Shown here: piece by piece, positions 38,647 through 48,438 of the stretch
Numbering within the stretch: the stretch's first letter is position 1
Layout of the letters: every line of letters starts with the position of its first letter
Notes under the pieces: generated by a model
What the model was told of the DNA's origin: nothing
The model's database searches: none
The model's input: the letters and a program-made list of their open reading frames with translations, nothing else
Translations under genes and position numbers: made by a program
Source of the DNA: a phage
Length of the DNA: 64,000 nucleotides
Sequence record: OZ335961.1
Direction: 5' to 3' (one strand)

Positions 38647-38736
38647 AGCAAAACTGGCGGAGGCGATAGGATTTGAACCTATGAGTCGCCGGAGCGACTG
38701 CCGGTTTTCAAGACCGGTGCATTAAACCACTCTGCC
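38647..38736 (-). tRNA. tRNA-Ser (anticodon UGA), type II
   Basis: Hand-folded; long variable arm; sequence GGAGGCGTGGCAGAGTGG... matches T4 tRNA-Ser as recalled; coordinates approximate. Confidence 0.7.
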
Positions 38737-38750
38737 ACGCCTCCAAATAT

Positions 38751-39401
38751 TTATATATTGTTAATTTGATTTAGAATTCTTTTTGCTTGAGTATGACTTA
38801 CGCCAATATGCTTAGCATATTTAGATAATTCACCGCGCTTAGAAAAATCATATAATTTAGAAATTTCTATTCTTCTTTTTCTTTCATCCGCAGAAACTTT
38901 TGCTTCGTTCGCTTTTGCTATTTTACGTTTAGCTTCTTGAGAATGAGTTTTACCAGCAAAGCCATTCTTCATTAATCCATTTGAAGACCATCCTTTTAAT
39001 TTTCCGTTAGAATGTGCCTTTTTAACACCCAATGAAATTAATTCGCGTTGCTGATCTGTCATAGGATAATTATTTATATGATCCCATCCACCTTCACCGC
39101 CAAGTTTTAAATTATACACATCTGGTCTATTTAAAAACTCTTCTGTAACAATATTTTTCTCGGCTTCAAGCATAGATTCTTTATCATCAAAATACTCTAA
39201 TATTTCTTTAGAGAAATTTTCTATACCATACTTATCTTGGGCTCGTTTTAATAATTTACCAGAACCCATATATCCATCATCTAAATTTTCGGTAGAATGC
39301 ACACCAATATAAATTTTATTATTAATTTTATTTGTTATTTTATAAAGATAAAAATGCATATCAGTCCCTAATAAAGAACTGAGCGTCTCACGACGAGTCA
39401 T
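38751..39401 (-). mobile_element. segB: GIY-YIG homing endonuclease (SegB-like) embedded in tRNA cluster
   Basis: 216-aa ORF; N-terminal GIY-YIG motif FYLYKITNKINNKIYIGVHS...GYMGSG; located between tRNA-Gly and tRNA-Ser. Confidence 0.75.
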
Positions 39402-39405
39402 AAAT

Positions 39406-39479
<74 letters not shown>

Positions 39480-39484
39480 AAATT

Positions 39485-39571
39485 TGGTGCGAGAAGTGGG
39501 ACTCGAACCCACAAGGAAATCATTCCGCAGCATTTTAAGTGCTGTGCCTTTACCAATTTGACCATTCTCGC
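39485..39571 (-). tRNA. tRNA-Leu (anticodon UAA), type II
   Basis: Sequence GCGAGAATGGTCAAATTGGTAAAGGCACAGCACTTAAAATGCTG... matches T4 tRNA-Leu as recalled. Confidence 0.8.
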
Positions 39572-39572
39572 G

Positions 39573-39645
39573 CTGGGAATAAAGGACTCGAACCTTTGCA
39601 TCCTGGAATCAAAATCCAGTGCCTTACCAACTTGGCTAATTCCCA
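39573..39645 (-). tRNA. tRNA-Gln (anticodon UUG); 3' CCA apparently not encoded
   Basis: Starts TGGGAATTAGCCAAGTTGGTAAGGCA...; anticodon loop UUUUGAU; abuts tRNA-Leu (dimeric precursor arrangement). Confidence 0.7.
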
Positions 39646-39731
39646 ATTATTAACAAAGGCTCTCAAACAAGAACCCTTGATGATAGAGGGTATTAATCAG
39701 TGCGATATAAGTTAATAATAACAAATATTTC

Positions 39732-40247
39732 TTAAAGCAAATTAAACATTTTAACGGTCGGTAAAACAATTTCTTCTTCGATATAAGCAAATTCTACATG
39801 TTCAACTACACGCAAGAAATCATATTCATAATATTCAGAAGCATGACCAAGAATATCAATGAGGCCTTCAGATATCTTATTACCATTCACAAAGAATAAG
39901 TCAAATACGCGTTCTTCATCTTCTTCGGATTTATTACCAAGTTCAACTTCTATATCAAAGACCTTTTTAATGAATTCTGGATAAAGTTGGTCTGAGAACA
40001 GTCCTTCAACCAAATATTCATATATAAAAAGCTCTTGCTCGCTGAATAAACCATTACCACAATAACGGTCAGCTTTGGTGCTAGAATGACGGCTCTTAAA
40101 CTTCTTCAAAAGATATTTAAATTGTTGGAGCTCATGCTCTTCTACGCCAAACAGTGTTTTAGTTTTATAGTTGTCACCATCATTTTCATAGGTAGTGACA
40201 TCAATTACGTAACCCTTAGGAATTGTGCTGCCTAAACGAATATACAT
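39732..40247 (-). CDS. hypothetical acidic protein
   Basis: 171-aa ORF directly upstream of tRNA cluster. Confidence 0.5.
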   Translation of the reverse strand: MYIRLGSTIPKGYVIDVTTYENDGDNYKTKTLFGVEEHELQQFKYLLKKFKSRHSSTKADRYCGNGLFSEQELFIYEYLVEGLFSDQLYPEFIKKVFDIEVELGNKSEEDEERVFDLFFVNGNKISEGLIDILGHASEYYEYDFLRVVEHVEFAYIEEEIVLPTVKMFNLL

Positions 40248-40543
40248 TTGCTCACCATATTAATGTAAGTATATTTAATACATTCAAGACCCAAAGGATT
40301 CTTGAAAATATCATATTCAAGAGGACCTTTTTCTGTTTCAATAAAGAAATCAAAATTTACTGTATTAAATTTACGGTCTTCCTTTACTAATTTAACCTGT
40401 GAAGACGAACGGTCAATGTAAACCTTTTCAACTTCAAAACACGTTAAAATGCCATAATCATCAATCAAGGCTTTAGCTGCTTCTTGATCATATTTATATC
40501 CATTTTCAATGGATGATACTTTAGCATAAAGAATCATTATCAA
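40232..40543 (-). CDS. hypothetical protein
   Basis: 103-aa ORF. Confidence 0.45.
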   Translation of the reverse strand: MIMILYAKVSSIENGYKYDQEAAKALIDDYGILTCFEVEKVYIDRSSSQVKLVKEDRKFNTVNFDFFIETEKGPLEYDIFKNPLGLECIKYTYINMVSKCIFV

Positions 40544-40959
40544 CCTTCATCAACAATAGTATGCGTATTGGCATTAACTATTTGCCACCAATCAAAGCGA
40601 TTAGAACCATACATCGGTTTGTTTTCATTTTCTTTGATAATATCACGGAGTTCATCTTCGGTGGCGGCTTTCGCGATTAAATCAGCATATCCACCGCGAG
40701 GATAATAATTATCACCTGCAAAAAGTAAAAAGTTTGGTTTAATGTTATTGAACTCTTCAAGAGTAATAACTTTTCCTGACGGTTGAACAATCTCTACATA
40801 TTTATATCCCAATTTTTGAGCCGCATCTACTGCTTCAAGCAAAGTATCATGAGCCCATCCAATTTGACAACCTGGCTTTTCAGATGGATTAGCCTGATAA
40901 TCCGCATACACTTTATACATTCTATTCACCTTTAGAAATTTTATCCATAACAATAGCAA
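40540..40959 (-). CDS. hypothetical protein (likely start MYKVYADYQ)
   Basis: 139-aa track ORF. Confidence 0.45.
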   Translation of the reverse strand: MLLLWIKFLKVNRMYKVYADYQANPSEKPGCQIGWAHDTLLEAVDAAQKLGYKYVEIVQPSGKVITLEEFNNIKPNFLLFAGDNYYPRGGYADLIAKAATEDELRDIIKENENKPMYGSNRFDWWQIVNANTHTIVDEG

Positions 40960-41107
40960 TTAAACCAATTAAAAATGCTACTACAAGTGAAAACACATTT
41001 TCTGCTGTAGTCAATAATCCGCATATAAATCCAACAAACATTGAAAAACTAAAAGCGGAAGCAGAAATTGCAATAGCAACATTTCGAATTAATTCACAAC
41101 GTTTCAT
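40922..41107 (-). CDS. small membrane protein
   Basis: 61 aa, two hydrophobic segments; early promoter upstream. Confidence 0.45.
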   Translation of the reverse strand: MKRCELIRNVAIAISASAFSFSMFVGFICGLLTTAENVFSLVVAFLIGLIAIVMDKISKGE

Positions 41108-41119
41108 TTTATTCTCCTC

Positions 41120-41166
41120 GGTAGTTGATAGGGTAATAGTATCACAACTAAAACCCTATGTAAACA
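41120..41166 (-). promoter_or_regulatory. early promoter
   Basis: GTTTACATAGGGTTTTAGTTGTGATACTATTACCCTATCAACTAC on minus strand. Confidence 0.5.
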
Positions 41167-41183
41167 ACTTTGTGAAATATTTA

Positions 41184-41471
41184 TTACAAAAGATTTTTAG
41201 CAATAATCTTGAGATGTGCCGCAGAAATGTGTTTAGCTTTAAACAACGCAGTTTCTTCAGCAGGAGAGATAATGATTGTAGCACCATCCTTTTTAGCAGA
41301 CCACCCATCACCTAGATAAACAGTACCTTTGATTTCTTCGCCATCAACCAGACTAATCATTGGTTTACCTTCTCGTCCTTTATTTGCTTTAATAACTTCA
41401 GAAGTAAGAGTAGCTTCGGTAATAGTAGAAACTGGGGTAATTGTAGAAGTAAATTCTTTAAATGTTTTCAT
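41184..41471 (-). CDS. capsid-targeted internal protein (IPI-locus variant, 95 aa)
   Basis: N-terminus MKTFKEFTSTITPVSTITE; own early promoter cassette. Confidence 0.55.
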   Translation of the reverse strand: MKTFKEFTSTITPVSTITEATLTSEVIKANKGREGKPMISLVDGEEIKGTVYLGDGWSAKKDGATIIISPAEETALFKAKHISAAHLKIIAKNLL

Positions 41472-41489
41472 TTTATTTTCCTAATTAAT

Positions 41490-41531
41490 TTTGATGAGAT
41501 AATGGTATCACAACTAAAACCCTATGTAAAC
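41490..41531 (-). promoter_or_regulatory. early promoter cassette upstream of IP-like gene
   Basis: Near-identical to cassette at 41825-41862. Confidence 0.5.
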
Positions 41532-41543
41532 AACTTTGTGAAA

Positions 41544-41801
41544 TTATTTTAAATCTTCTAATCGTTTCTTCATCTTAGAACCGTTCTTAGCGATTTCGCC
41601 TGCATCAGAGCATAATGCTAAAAGAGCTTTAACTTTAGTTTGGTCTCCTTTAAAAGATGAAGGATCGACTGCAGCAGCAAGTTCTTTAATACGAGAGAAA
41701 AGACGCTCAGCTTCAGCTAAAGCCATTCCAAGCTTTACTTCCATACCGTGGGAAGATTCAGTAATAGTAGTTTTTGTAGCAAACTCTTTGAAAGTTTTCA
41801 T
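41544..41801 (-). CDS. capsid-targeted internal protein (IPI-locus variant, 85 aa)
   Basis: N-terminus MKTFKEFATKTTITE; own early promoter cassette nearly identical to the neighbour's. Confidence 0.55.
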   Translation of the reverse strand: MKTFKEFATKTTITESSHGMEVKLGMALAEAERLFSRIKELAAAVDPSSFKGDQTKVKALLALCSDAGEIAKNGSKMKKRLEDLK

Positions 41802-41824
41802 TTTATTTTCCTAATTAATTTTGA

Positions 41825-41862
41825 TGAGATAATAGTATCACTACCTCATCAGCATGTAAACA
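41825..41862 (-). promoter_or_regulatory. early promoter cassette upstream of IP-like gene
   Basis: Near-identical to cassette at 41490-41531. Confidence 0.5.
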
Positions 41863-41873
41863 ACTTTGTGAAA

Positions 41874-42570
<697 letters not shown>

Positions 42571-42571
<1 letters not shown>

Positions 42572-43296
42572 TATAGTACCTTTAGTGTATTTTTAATTTT
42601 AGAAAAAAGTTCTTCAAGAGAACCGTCGTTTGTAATTACTAAATCGCCATCATGAATTGGCAATCCAGCTTCTGTAATATGAGTATCATTGGATTTTTGA
42701 CCAGGACGAACTACATGAATTACTGTAGCACCCATCGCCCTAGCCGCATCCATTTCATGATCTTGACGAGTATCAGGAACGATATAATAATCATAGCCTG
42801 AGTTAAATTTATCAAGATAATCTAAAGCAAATAATTTTACCCAATACATGCGGTCGAAGTTATTAACAATCAAATCCGTACCTAGGGCTTGCATCAGACG
42901 ACGGACTGACCATTGATCTTCAATATTATTTATAACATCAGCAATCTTGTTAAATGCTACGAAAGTAACTGATTCTTTTCCTTCGTCATCAAAAACAAAC
43001 ACGCCTTTAATTGGGCTTTTACTATTAAGATAGCAAAATGCTTGTTCCATAATCGTAATTACTTCTAATTTAGTCAAATTTAAATTAGTCTCACGATCAT
43101 AGTCAATTCCTTCAAACTCTTTACGAGTTAAGCAAGGATAGTCAGTGTTTGCTGCAAACACGCCCCATGCATAAGCCAATGCATCTTTAATAGGACCGGC
43201 AAGTTGATATTTAGCTGCAGAATAATTATTCATGATAAAATCTGCAGTAGTATCTTTTCCACTACGCTTTACACCACTTAAAAAGATTAGTTTCAT
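42571..43296 (-). CDS. 1: gp1 deoxynucleoside monophosphate kinase
   Basis: 241 aa; P-loop GVKRSGKDT. Confidence 0.9.
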
Positions 43297-43345
43297 ATGT
43301 TTCTCCTCAAATTTAGTTAAGATTATAACACATGAAACTGAAGCA

Positions 43346-43876
43346 TTAAACTTCTGCTATAATTTTGCCATCTTTTTCTACTTGAAAATACGTATAAGGA
43401 ATCGTTGCTGTGCATACTAAAGCTGGGTCTGAATCTTCCGTGTAGCTAAATTCTACTTCAGACAGGTCTGAAACCCAAGGCTTATAAAAATTTATTGACA
43501 TCACAATTTCAGTTTTACTATTATCTAAAATGTAAAGCGTAATGTATTCAGGACCTGTTTTTTGGGCAGTATTTTCACCTGTAAGATAGTTACTAGTTCC
43601 TAGCATCCATTCATACATTCCTATCCACGACTTAAGCTCTTCATCAACTATAAATCTCACGATGAGTGGATCGTACTCAAATGTAACTCCTGGACGTTGT
43701 GCTCGGCCTAGTCCAAACGGCCCAGTCACGGTATCAGTAACAGGTATTCTAATTCCCGGAATAGGAACTGACTGAGCATTTAAAGTAAAAGCAGATGTAG
43801 TATTACTATGCGGTATTGATACTACAAAGTTAGTTGTATTTGCTTGGTTAAAAATTTGTTGCAGAGCTTGTGACAT
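43346..43876 (-). CDS. 3: gp3 tail tube terminator / sheath stabilizer
   Basis: 176 aa from MSQALQQIFNQ (track ORF extends 27 codons upstream to 43957). Confidence 0.8.
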   Translation of the reverse strand: MSQALQQIFNQANTTNFVVSIPHSNTTSAFTLNAQSVPIPGIRIPVTDTVTGPFGLGRAQRPGVTFEYDPLIVRFIVDEELKSWIGMYEWMLGTSNYLTGENTAQKTGPEYITLYILDNSKTEIVMSINFYKPWVSDLSEVEFSYTEDSDPALVCTATIPYTYFQVEKDGKIIAEV

Positions 43877-43982
43877 ATATTCCTCATAATGCTTTATAAA
43901 TGTTGGTGGTATAATGGGTCTAAGTCCCTTCCATTCAATTCCAATTAGAACAAACAATAGAAAAGAATGGAAGATAATAGAA

Positions 43983-44807
43983 TTAGATATTTGACCAGAC
44001 TTTGTTTGCAGAGAAACGTTTTCCTTTTGAAACGAACTGCTGAAGTGGCATTAACACAACGTTCGCCCAGTCTTTCGGGGCGATTTCAACAAGGCTACCC
44101 ATAATATTACCAGGTATATATGCCTTAATCATTTGGTCTGCACCCCTAAATCCTTTCACTTGACTCCAATCAATTTTTAATTTCGTTTTATTAGTAATAG
44201 TAGGTGTATTTGAATATTGCTTTAAAAGCTCTTCTAGAAATTGCTGACGAGCTTTAGGCGGAATATAGTGCAAGTTCAATCCGTACATTAAATTGTGTTT
44301 ACCTAAACCAAGGTAAATTATCAAAGGAAATTTATCCCAGTAAGGAAGAGTTTCCTTGTGTTTAGCATCATAAGCAAAAGCATATATTCGTCCCGGCTGC
44401 GGGCGAACAACTTTATGTCCTTTTACTTGCTTAATAGTTTCAGCAAACCACTTTCTGGTTTTATTATTAATTGCTGCGCCTTCATTACGAATTTTATCAC
44501 GCAATGTTTGCCTGAATGAATTTATCATAAGCAGTTGTCTTTCTTGCTTATTGAGTTTATTCATTGGTTTTGATTCAAGCTTTTGAATCTTTTCAGCTGT
44601 TTTAATTCCTGAAGCATATTTTGACATTGCTGAAGTAAACGTAGAGTATTTGATTCCTCTTTCTTCGGCAAATTGCTTTCCTGTCATTCCTTTTGCTTTG
44701 GCCTTTTTGTATTCAAGACCTATCTGAATCCATTTCTTTTCGTTTAATGATTGCTTAACCTTTGGAACTTGGGGAGTGCTTTCATTAATTATTTGAAAAA
44801 TAGCCAT
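43983..44807 (-). CDS. 2: gp2 DNA end-protector protein
   Basis: 274 aa; size and synteny with T4 gp2. Confidence 0.8.
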   Translation of the reverse strand: MAIFQIINESTPQVPKVKQSLNEKKWIQIGLEYKKAKAKGMTGKQFAEERGIKYSTFTSAMSKYASGIKTAEKIQKLESKPMNKLNKQERQLLMINSFRQTLRDKIRNEGAAINNKTRKWFAETIKQVKGHKVVRPQPGRIYAFAYDAKHKETLPYWDKFPLIIYLGLGKHNLMYGLNLHYIPPKARQQFLEELLKQYSNTPTITNKTKLKIDWSQVKGFRGADQMIKAYIPGNIMGSLVEIAPKDWANVVLMPLQQFVSKGKRFSANKVWSNI

Positions 44808-45259
44808 TATGCCCCCTTAAAGCCAAGAGCTCGTAATCCATCTTCTGTTAAAATTCTAAATTTTATTCCACGCTTTTCAGCTAAAGATTGCGCTGCTTTC
44901 CATTTGTCAGTATTAACGGAATATGTATAAATTTCATTCATAAATCTTTTCTTCGCTGCAGTTGTTAGATGTGCCGGTTTAACTGGTGGTTGTGTTTCTT
45001 TTTTAGGTTTTATTTCAATAAAAAATTCTTGTCCAGAAGAATCTTTCATCCAAATATCCATGAAGTATCTACGTTTTTTCCCTTCTGCATTACAAAAATA
45101 AGGAATTACTGCTGTTTCACTACCCCATGCAATAATTTCTGGATTTTTATCTAACCATTCAAAAAAGAATTTTTCCCAATTTGATCTATACGTAATTTTT
45201 TTAGGGTCACCTCTATATTTTGATATATTTTTAGGAACCCATTTTCCAGAATATGCCAT
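44807..45259 (-). CDS. 4: gp4 head completion protein
   Basis: 150 aa; synteny. Confidence 0.8.
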   Translation of the reverse strand: MAYSGKWVPKNISKYRGDPKKITYRSNWEKFFFEWLDKNPEIIAWGSETAVIPYFCNAEGKKRRYFMDIWMKDSSGQEFFIEIKPKKETQPPVKPAHLTTAAKKRFMNEIYTYSVNTDKWKAAQSLAEKRGIKFRILTEDGLRALGFKGA

Positions 45260-45270
45260 TGGATTCTCCT

Positions 45271-45278
45271 TATAAATA
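45271..45278 (+). promoter_or_regulatory. late promoter (TATAAATA) for gene 53
   Basis: Exact TATAAATA ~30 nt upstream of gene 53 ATG. Confidence 0.6.
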
Positions 45279-45285
45279 GATAATA

Positions 45286-45293
45286 TATTTATA
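45286..45293 (-). promoter_or_regulatory. late promoter (TATAAATA) for genes 4/2/3, divergent from gene 53 promoter
   Basis: TATTTATA on plus strand just upstream of gene 4 start. Confidence 0.5.
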
Positions 45294-45306
45294 AACAGGA
45301 GGGCCC

Positions 45307-45897
45307 ATGCTCTTTACATTTTTTGATCCGATTGAATATGCGGCCAAAACGGTGAATAAAAACGCGCCGACTATTCCTATGACAGATATTTTTAGAAACT
45401 ATAAAGACTATTTCAAACGTGCTCTTGCAGGATACCGCTTACGCACTTATTATATTAAAGGTTCACCACGTCCGGAAGAATTAGCAAATGCTATATATGG
45501 AAATCCGCAGTTGTATTGGGTTTTATTGATGTGTAATGATAATTATGATCCGTATTATGGATGGATTACTTCGCAAGAAGCTGCTTATCAAGCATCTATA
45601 CAAAAATACAAAAACGTAGGTGGAGACCAAATAGTATATCATGTGAACGAGAACGGTGAAAAATTTTATAATTTAATATCATACGATGATAATCCATATG
45701 TTTGGTATGACAAAGGCGATAAAGCTAGAAAATATCCTCAATATGAAGGAGCACTTGCTGCGGTCGATACGTATGAAGCTGCTGTTCTTGAAAATGAAAA
45801 ACTTCGTCAAATAAAAATAATAGCAAAATCAGACATCAATTCATTTATGAACGACCTTATACGTATAATGGAGAAATCTTATGGAAATGATAAGTAA
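45307..45897 (+). CDS. 53: gp53 baseplate wedge protein
   Basis: 196 aa; first plus-strand late gene; late promoter TATAAATA upstream. Confidence 0.85.
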   Translation: MLFTFFDPIEYAAKTVNKNAPTIPMTDIFRNYKDYFKRALAGYRLRTYYIKGSPRPEELANAIYGNPQLYWVLLMCNDNYDPYYGWITSQEAAYQASIQKYKNVGGDQIVYHVNENGEKFYNLISYDDNPYVWYDKGDKARKYPQYEGALAAVDTYEAAVLENEKLRQIKIIAKSDINSFMNDLIRIMEKSYGNDK

Positions 45898-47608
45898 TAA
45901 CCTTAATTGGTTTGTTGGTGTTGTTGAAGATAGAATGGACCCATTAAAATTAGGTCGTGTTCGTGTTCGTGTAGTTGGTCTGCATCCACCTCAAAGAGCG
46001 CAAGGCGACGTAATGGGTATTCCAACTGATAAATTACCATGGATGTCAGTTATTCAACCTATAACTTCTGCAGCAATGTCTGGAATTGGAGGCTCCGTTA
46101 CTGGTCCAGTAGAAGGAACTAGAGTTTATGGTCATTTTTTAGACAAATGGAAAACTAACGGAATTGTTCTTGGCACATATGGCGGAATAGTTCGCGAAAA
46201 ACCTAATAGACTTGAAGGATTTTCTGACCCAACTGGACAGTATCCTAGACGTCTAGGAAATGATACTAACGTATTAAACCAAGGCGGAGAAGTAGGATAT
46301 GATTCGTCTTCTAACATTATCCAAGATAGCAATTTAGACACTGCGATAAATCCTGATGATAGACCACTATCAGAAATTCCAACTGATGATAATCCAAATA
46401 TGTCAATGGCTGAAATGCTTCGCCGTGATGAAGGATTAAGACTAAAAGTTTATTGGGATACTGAAGGATATCCGACAATTGGCATTGGTCATCTTATCAT
46501 GAAGCAGCCAGTTCGTGATATGACTCAAATTAATAAAGTTTTATCAAAACAAGTTGGTCGTGAAATTACCGGAAATCCAGGTTCTATTACAATGGAAGAA
46601 GCGGTAACTTTATTTGAACGTGATTTAGCTGATATGCAACGTGACATTAAATCACATTCTAAAGTTGGCCCAGTTTGGCAAGCAGTTAATCGTTCTCGTC
46701 AAATGGCATTAGAAAATATGGCATTTCAGATGGGCGTTGGCGGTGTAGCTAAATTTAACACAATGTTAACAGCTATGTTAGCCGGAGATTGGGAAAAAGC
46801 ATATAAAGCTGGTCGTGATTCATTGTGGTATCAACAAACAAAAGGCCGTGCATCTCGTGTTACCATGATTATTCTTACAGGGAATTTGGAATCATACGGT
46901 ATTGAAGTGAAAACACCGGCTAGGTCTTTGTCTGCAATGGCTGCTGCTGTAGCAAAGTCTTCTGATCCAGCTGACCCTCCTATTCCGAATGATTCGAGAA
47001 TTTTATTTAAAGAACCTGTTTCTTCATATAAAGGTGAATATCCGTATGTTCATACAATGGAAACTGAAAGCGGTCATATTCAGGAATTTGATGATACCCC
47101 CGGGCAAGAACGATACAGATTAGTTCATCCGACTGGAACATATGAGGAAGTATCACCTTCAGGAAGAAGAACAAGAAAAACTGTTGATAATTTGTATGAT
47201 ATAACAAATGCTGATGGTAATTTTTTGGTAGCTGGCGATAAAAAGACTAACGTCGGTGGGTCAGAAATTTATTACAACATGGATAATCGTCTCCACCAAA
47301 TAGATGGAAGCAATACAATATTTGTGCGTGGCGATGAAACCAAGACAGTTGAAGGTAATGGAACTATCCTAGTCAAAGGTAATGTTACTATTGTAGTTGA
47401 AGGTAATGCTGACATTACAGTTAAAGGAGATGCTACCACTTTAGTTGAAGGAAATCAGACTAATACAGTAAATGGAAATCTTTCTTGGAAAGTTGCTGGG
47501 ACAGTTGATTGGGACGTTGGTGGCGATTGGACAGAAAAAATGGCATCTATGAGTTCTATTTCATCTGGTCAATACACAATTGATGGATCGAGGATTGACA
47601 TTGGCTAA
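45881..47608 (+). CDS. 5: gp5 baseplate hub / cell-puncturing device with lysozyme domain
   Basis: 575 aa; internal T4L-like lysozyme domain (MLRRDEGLRLKVYWDTEGYPTIGIGH) and C-terminal VxGxxxV beta-helix repeats. Confidence 0.95.
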   Translation: MEMISNNLNWFVGVVEDRMDPLKLGRVRVRVVGLHPPQRAQGDVMGIPTDKLPWMSVIQPITSAAMSGIGGSVTGPVEGTRVYGHFLDKWKTNGIVLGTYGGIVREKPNRLEGFSDPTGQYPRRLGNDTNVLNQGGEVGYDSSSNIIQDSNLDTAINPDDRPLSEIPTDDNPNMSMAEMLRRDEGLRLKVYWDTEGYPTIGIGHLIMKQPVRDMTQINKVLSKQVGREITGNPGSITMEEAVTLFERDLADMQRDIKSHSKVGPVWQAVNRSRQMALENMAFQMGVGGVAKFNTMLTAMLAGDWEKAYKAGRDSLWYQQTKGRASRVTMIILTGNLESYGIEVKTPARSLSAMAAAVAKSSDPADPPIPNDSRILFKEPVSSYKGEYPYVHTMETESGHIQEFDDTPGQERYRLVHPTGTYEEVSPSGRRTRKTVDNLYDITNADGNFLVAGDKKTNVGGSEIYYNMDNRLHQIDGSNTIFVRGDETKTVEGNGTILVKGNVTIVVEGNADITVKGDATTLVEGNQTNTVNGNLSWKVAGTVDWDVGGDWTEKMASMSSISSGQYTIDGSRIDIG

Positions 47609-48137
47609 TATACTTCCAATGAGCGCTGATTTAGGAGAATCCATGGAAGGTTCTTCTATCGACGTCACCTTTACCGCTCAATTAGAAACAGGTGAAACGT
47701 TAGTATCTATAAATATAACTAGTTACGAAGAAACTCCTGGGGTTTTAGTAGAAGAAAATCGTTTATATGGAACGTATGAATCTGTGTTTGGATTTGGAAA
47801 TGACGCACTAAAATATCGTTTAGATAATGAATTTAAAACTGCTGCTTCATGGGAAGACCTTCCAACTGATTCTAATACTCAGTTATATCTATGGAAAGCT
47901 CCTCAAAACCTCCAGAAGACATTCACTTACGAAGTAACATTAATATATGACTATCAAGAACAAAGTGAATCTGGAGGTTCTGGTAGTAATTCTAGGTCAT
48001 CTTCTGATACTACTGAGCCAACGGATCCTCCTGCTCCAATAAGAAAAACTCTTGTTAAAAATTACACAAAAACTATAGTTGGAAATTGGAGTCGTTGGGC
48101 TAATAAATTAAGAAGCTACGTATATGAGAGGCAATAA
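47580..48137 (+). CDS. hypothetical protein (5.1 position)
   Basis: 185-aa ORF, Ser/Thr-rich C-terminal region. Confidence 0.55.
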   Translation: MMDRGLTLANILPMSADLGESMEGSSIDVTFTAQLETGETLVSINITSYEETPGVLVEENRLYGTYESVFGFGNDALKYRLDNEFKTAASWEDLPTDSNTQLYLWKAPQNLQKTFTYEVTLIYDYQEQSESGGSGSNSRSSSDTTEPTDPPAPIRKTLVKNYTKTIVGNWSRWANKLRSYVYERQ

Positions 48138-48430
48138 TGTCAGGATTAAGTTATGATAAGTGTGTTACTGCTGGTCATGAAGCGTGGCCTCCAACAGTTG
48201 TGAATGCTACACAAAGTAAAGTATTCACTGGAGGAATTGCTGTTCTCGTGGCAGGTGATCCAATTACAGAACATACAGAAATTAAAAAGCCATATGAAAC
48301 ACATGGCGGAGTGGCACAACCTAGAACTTCTAAGGTATATGTCACTGGAAAGAAAGCTGTTCAAATGGCTGATCCAATATCATGCGGTGATACTGTGGCT
48401 CAGGCATCATCTAAAGTATTCATTAAATAG
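48137..48430 (+). CDS. gp5.4 PAAR-repeat spike tip protein
   Basis: 97 aa; PAAR-like motifs; follows gene 5. Confidence 0.75.
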   Translation: MSGLSYDKCVTAGHEAWPPTVVNATQSKVFTGGIAVLVAGDPITEHTEIKKPYETHGGVAQPRTSKVYVTGKKAVQMADPISCGDTVAQASSKVFIK

Positions 48431-48438
48431 GATTTAAA

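Noticed and set aside
41472-41873. Possible CRISPR-like repeat array (repeated ~90-bp blocks)
   Set aside because: Only two copies, each a promoter/leader cassette upstream of a gene; no short regular repeat-spacer periodicity anywhere in the window.
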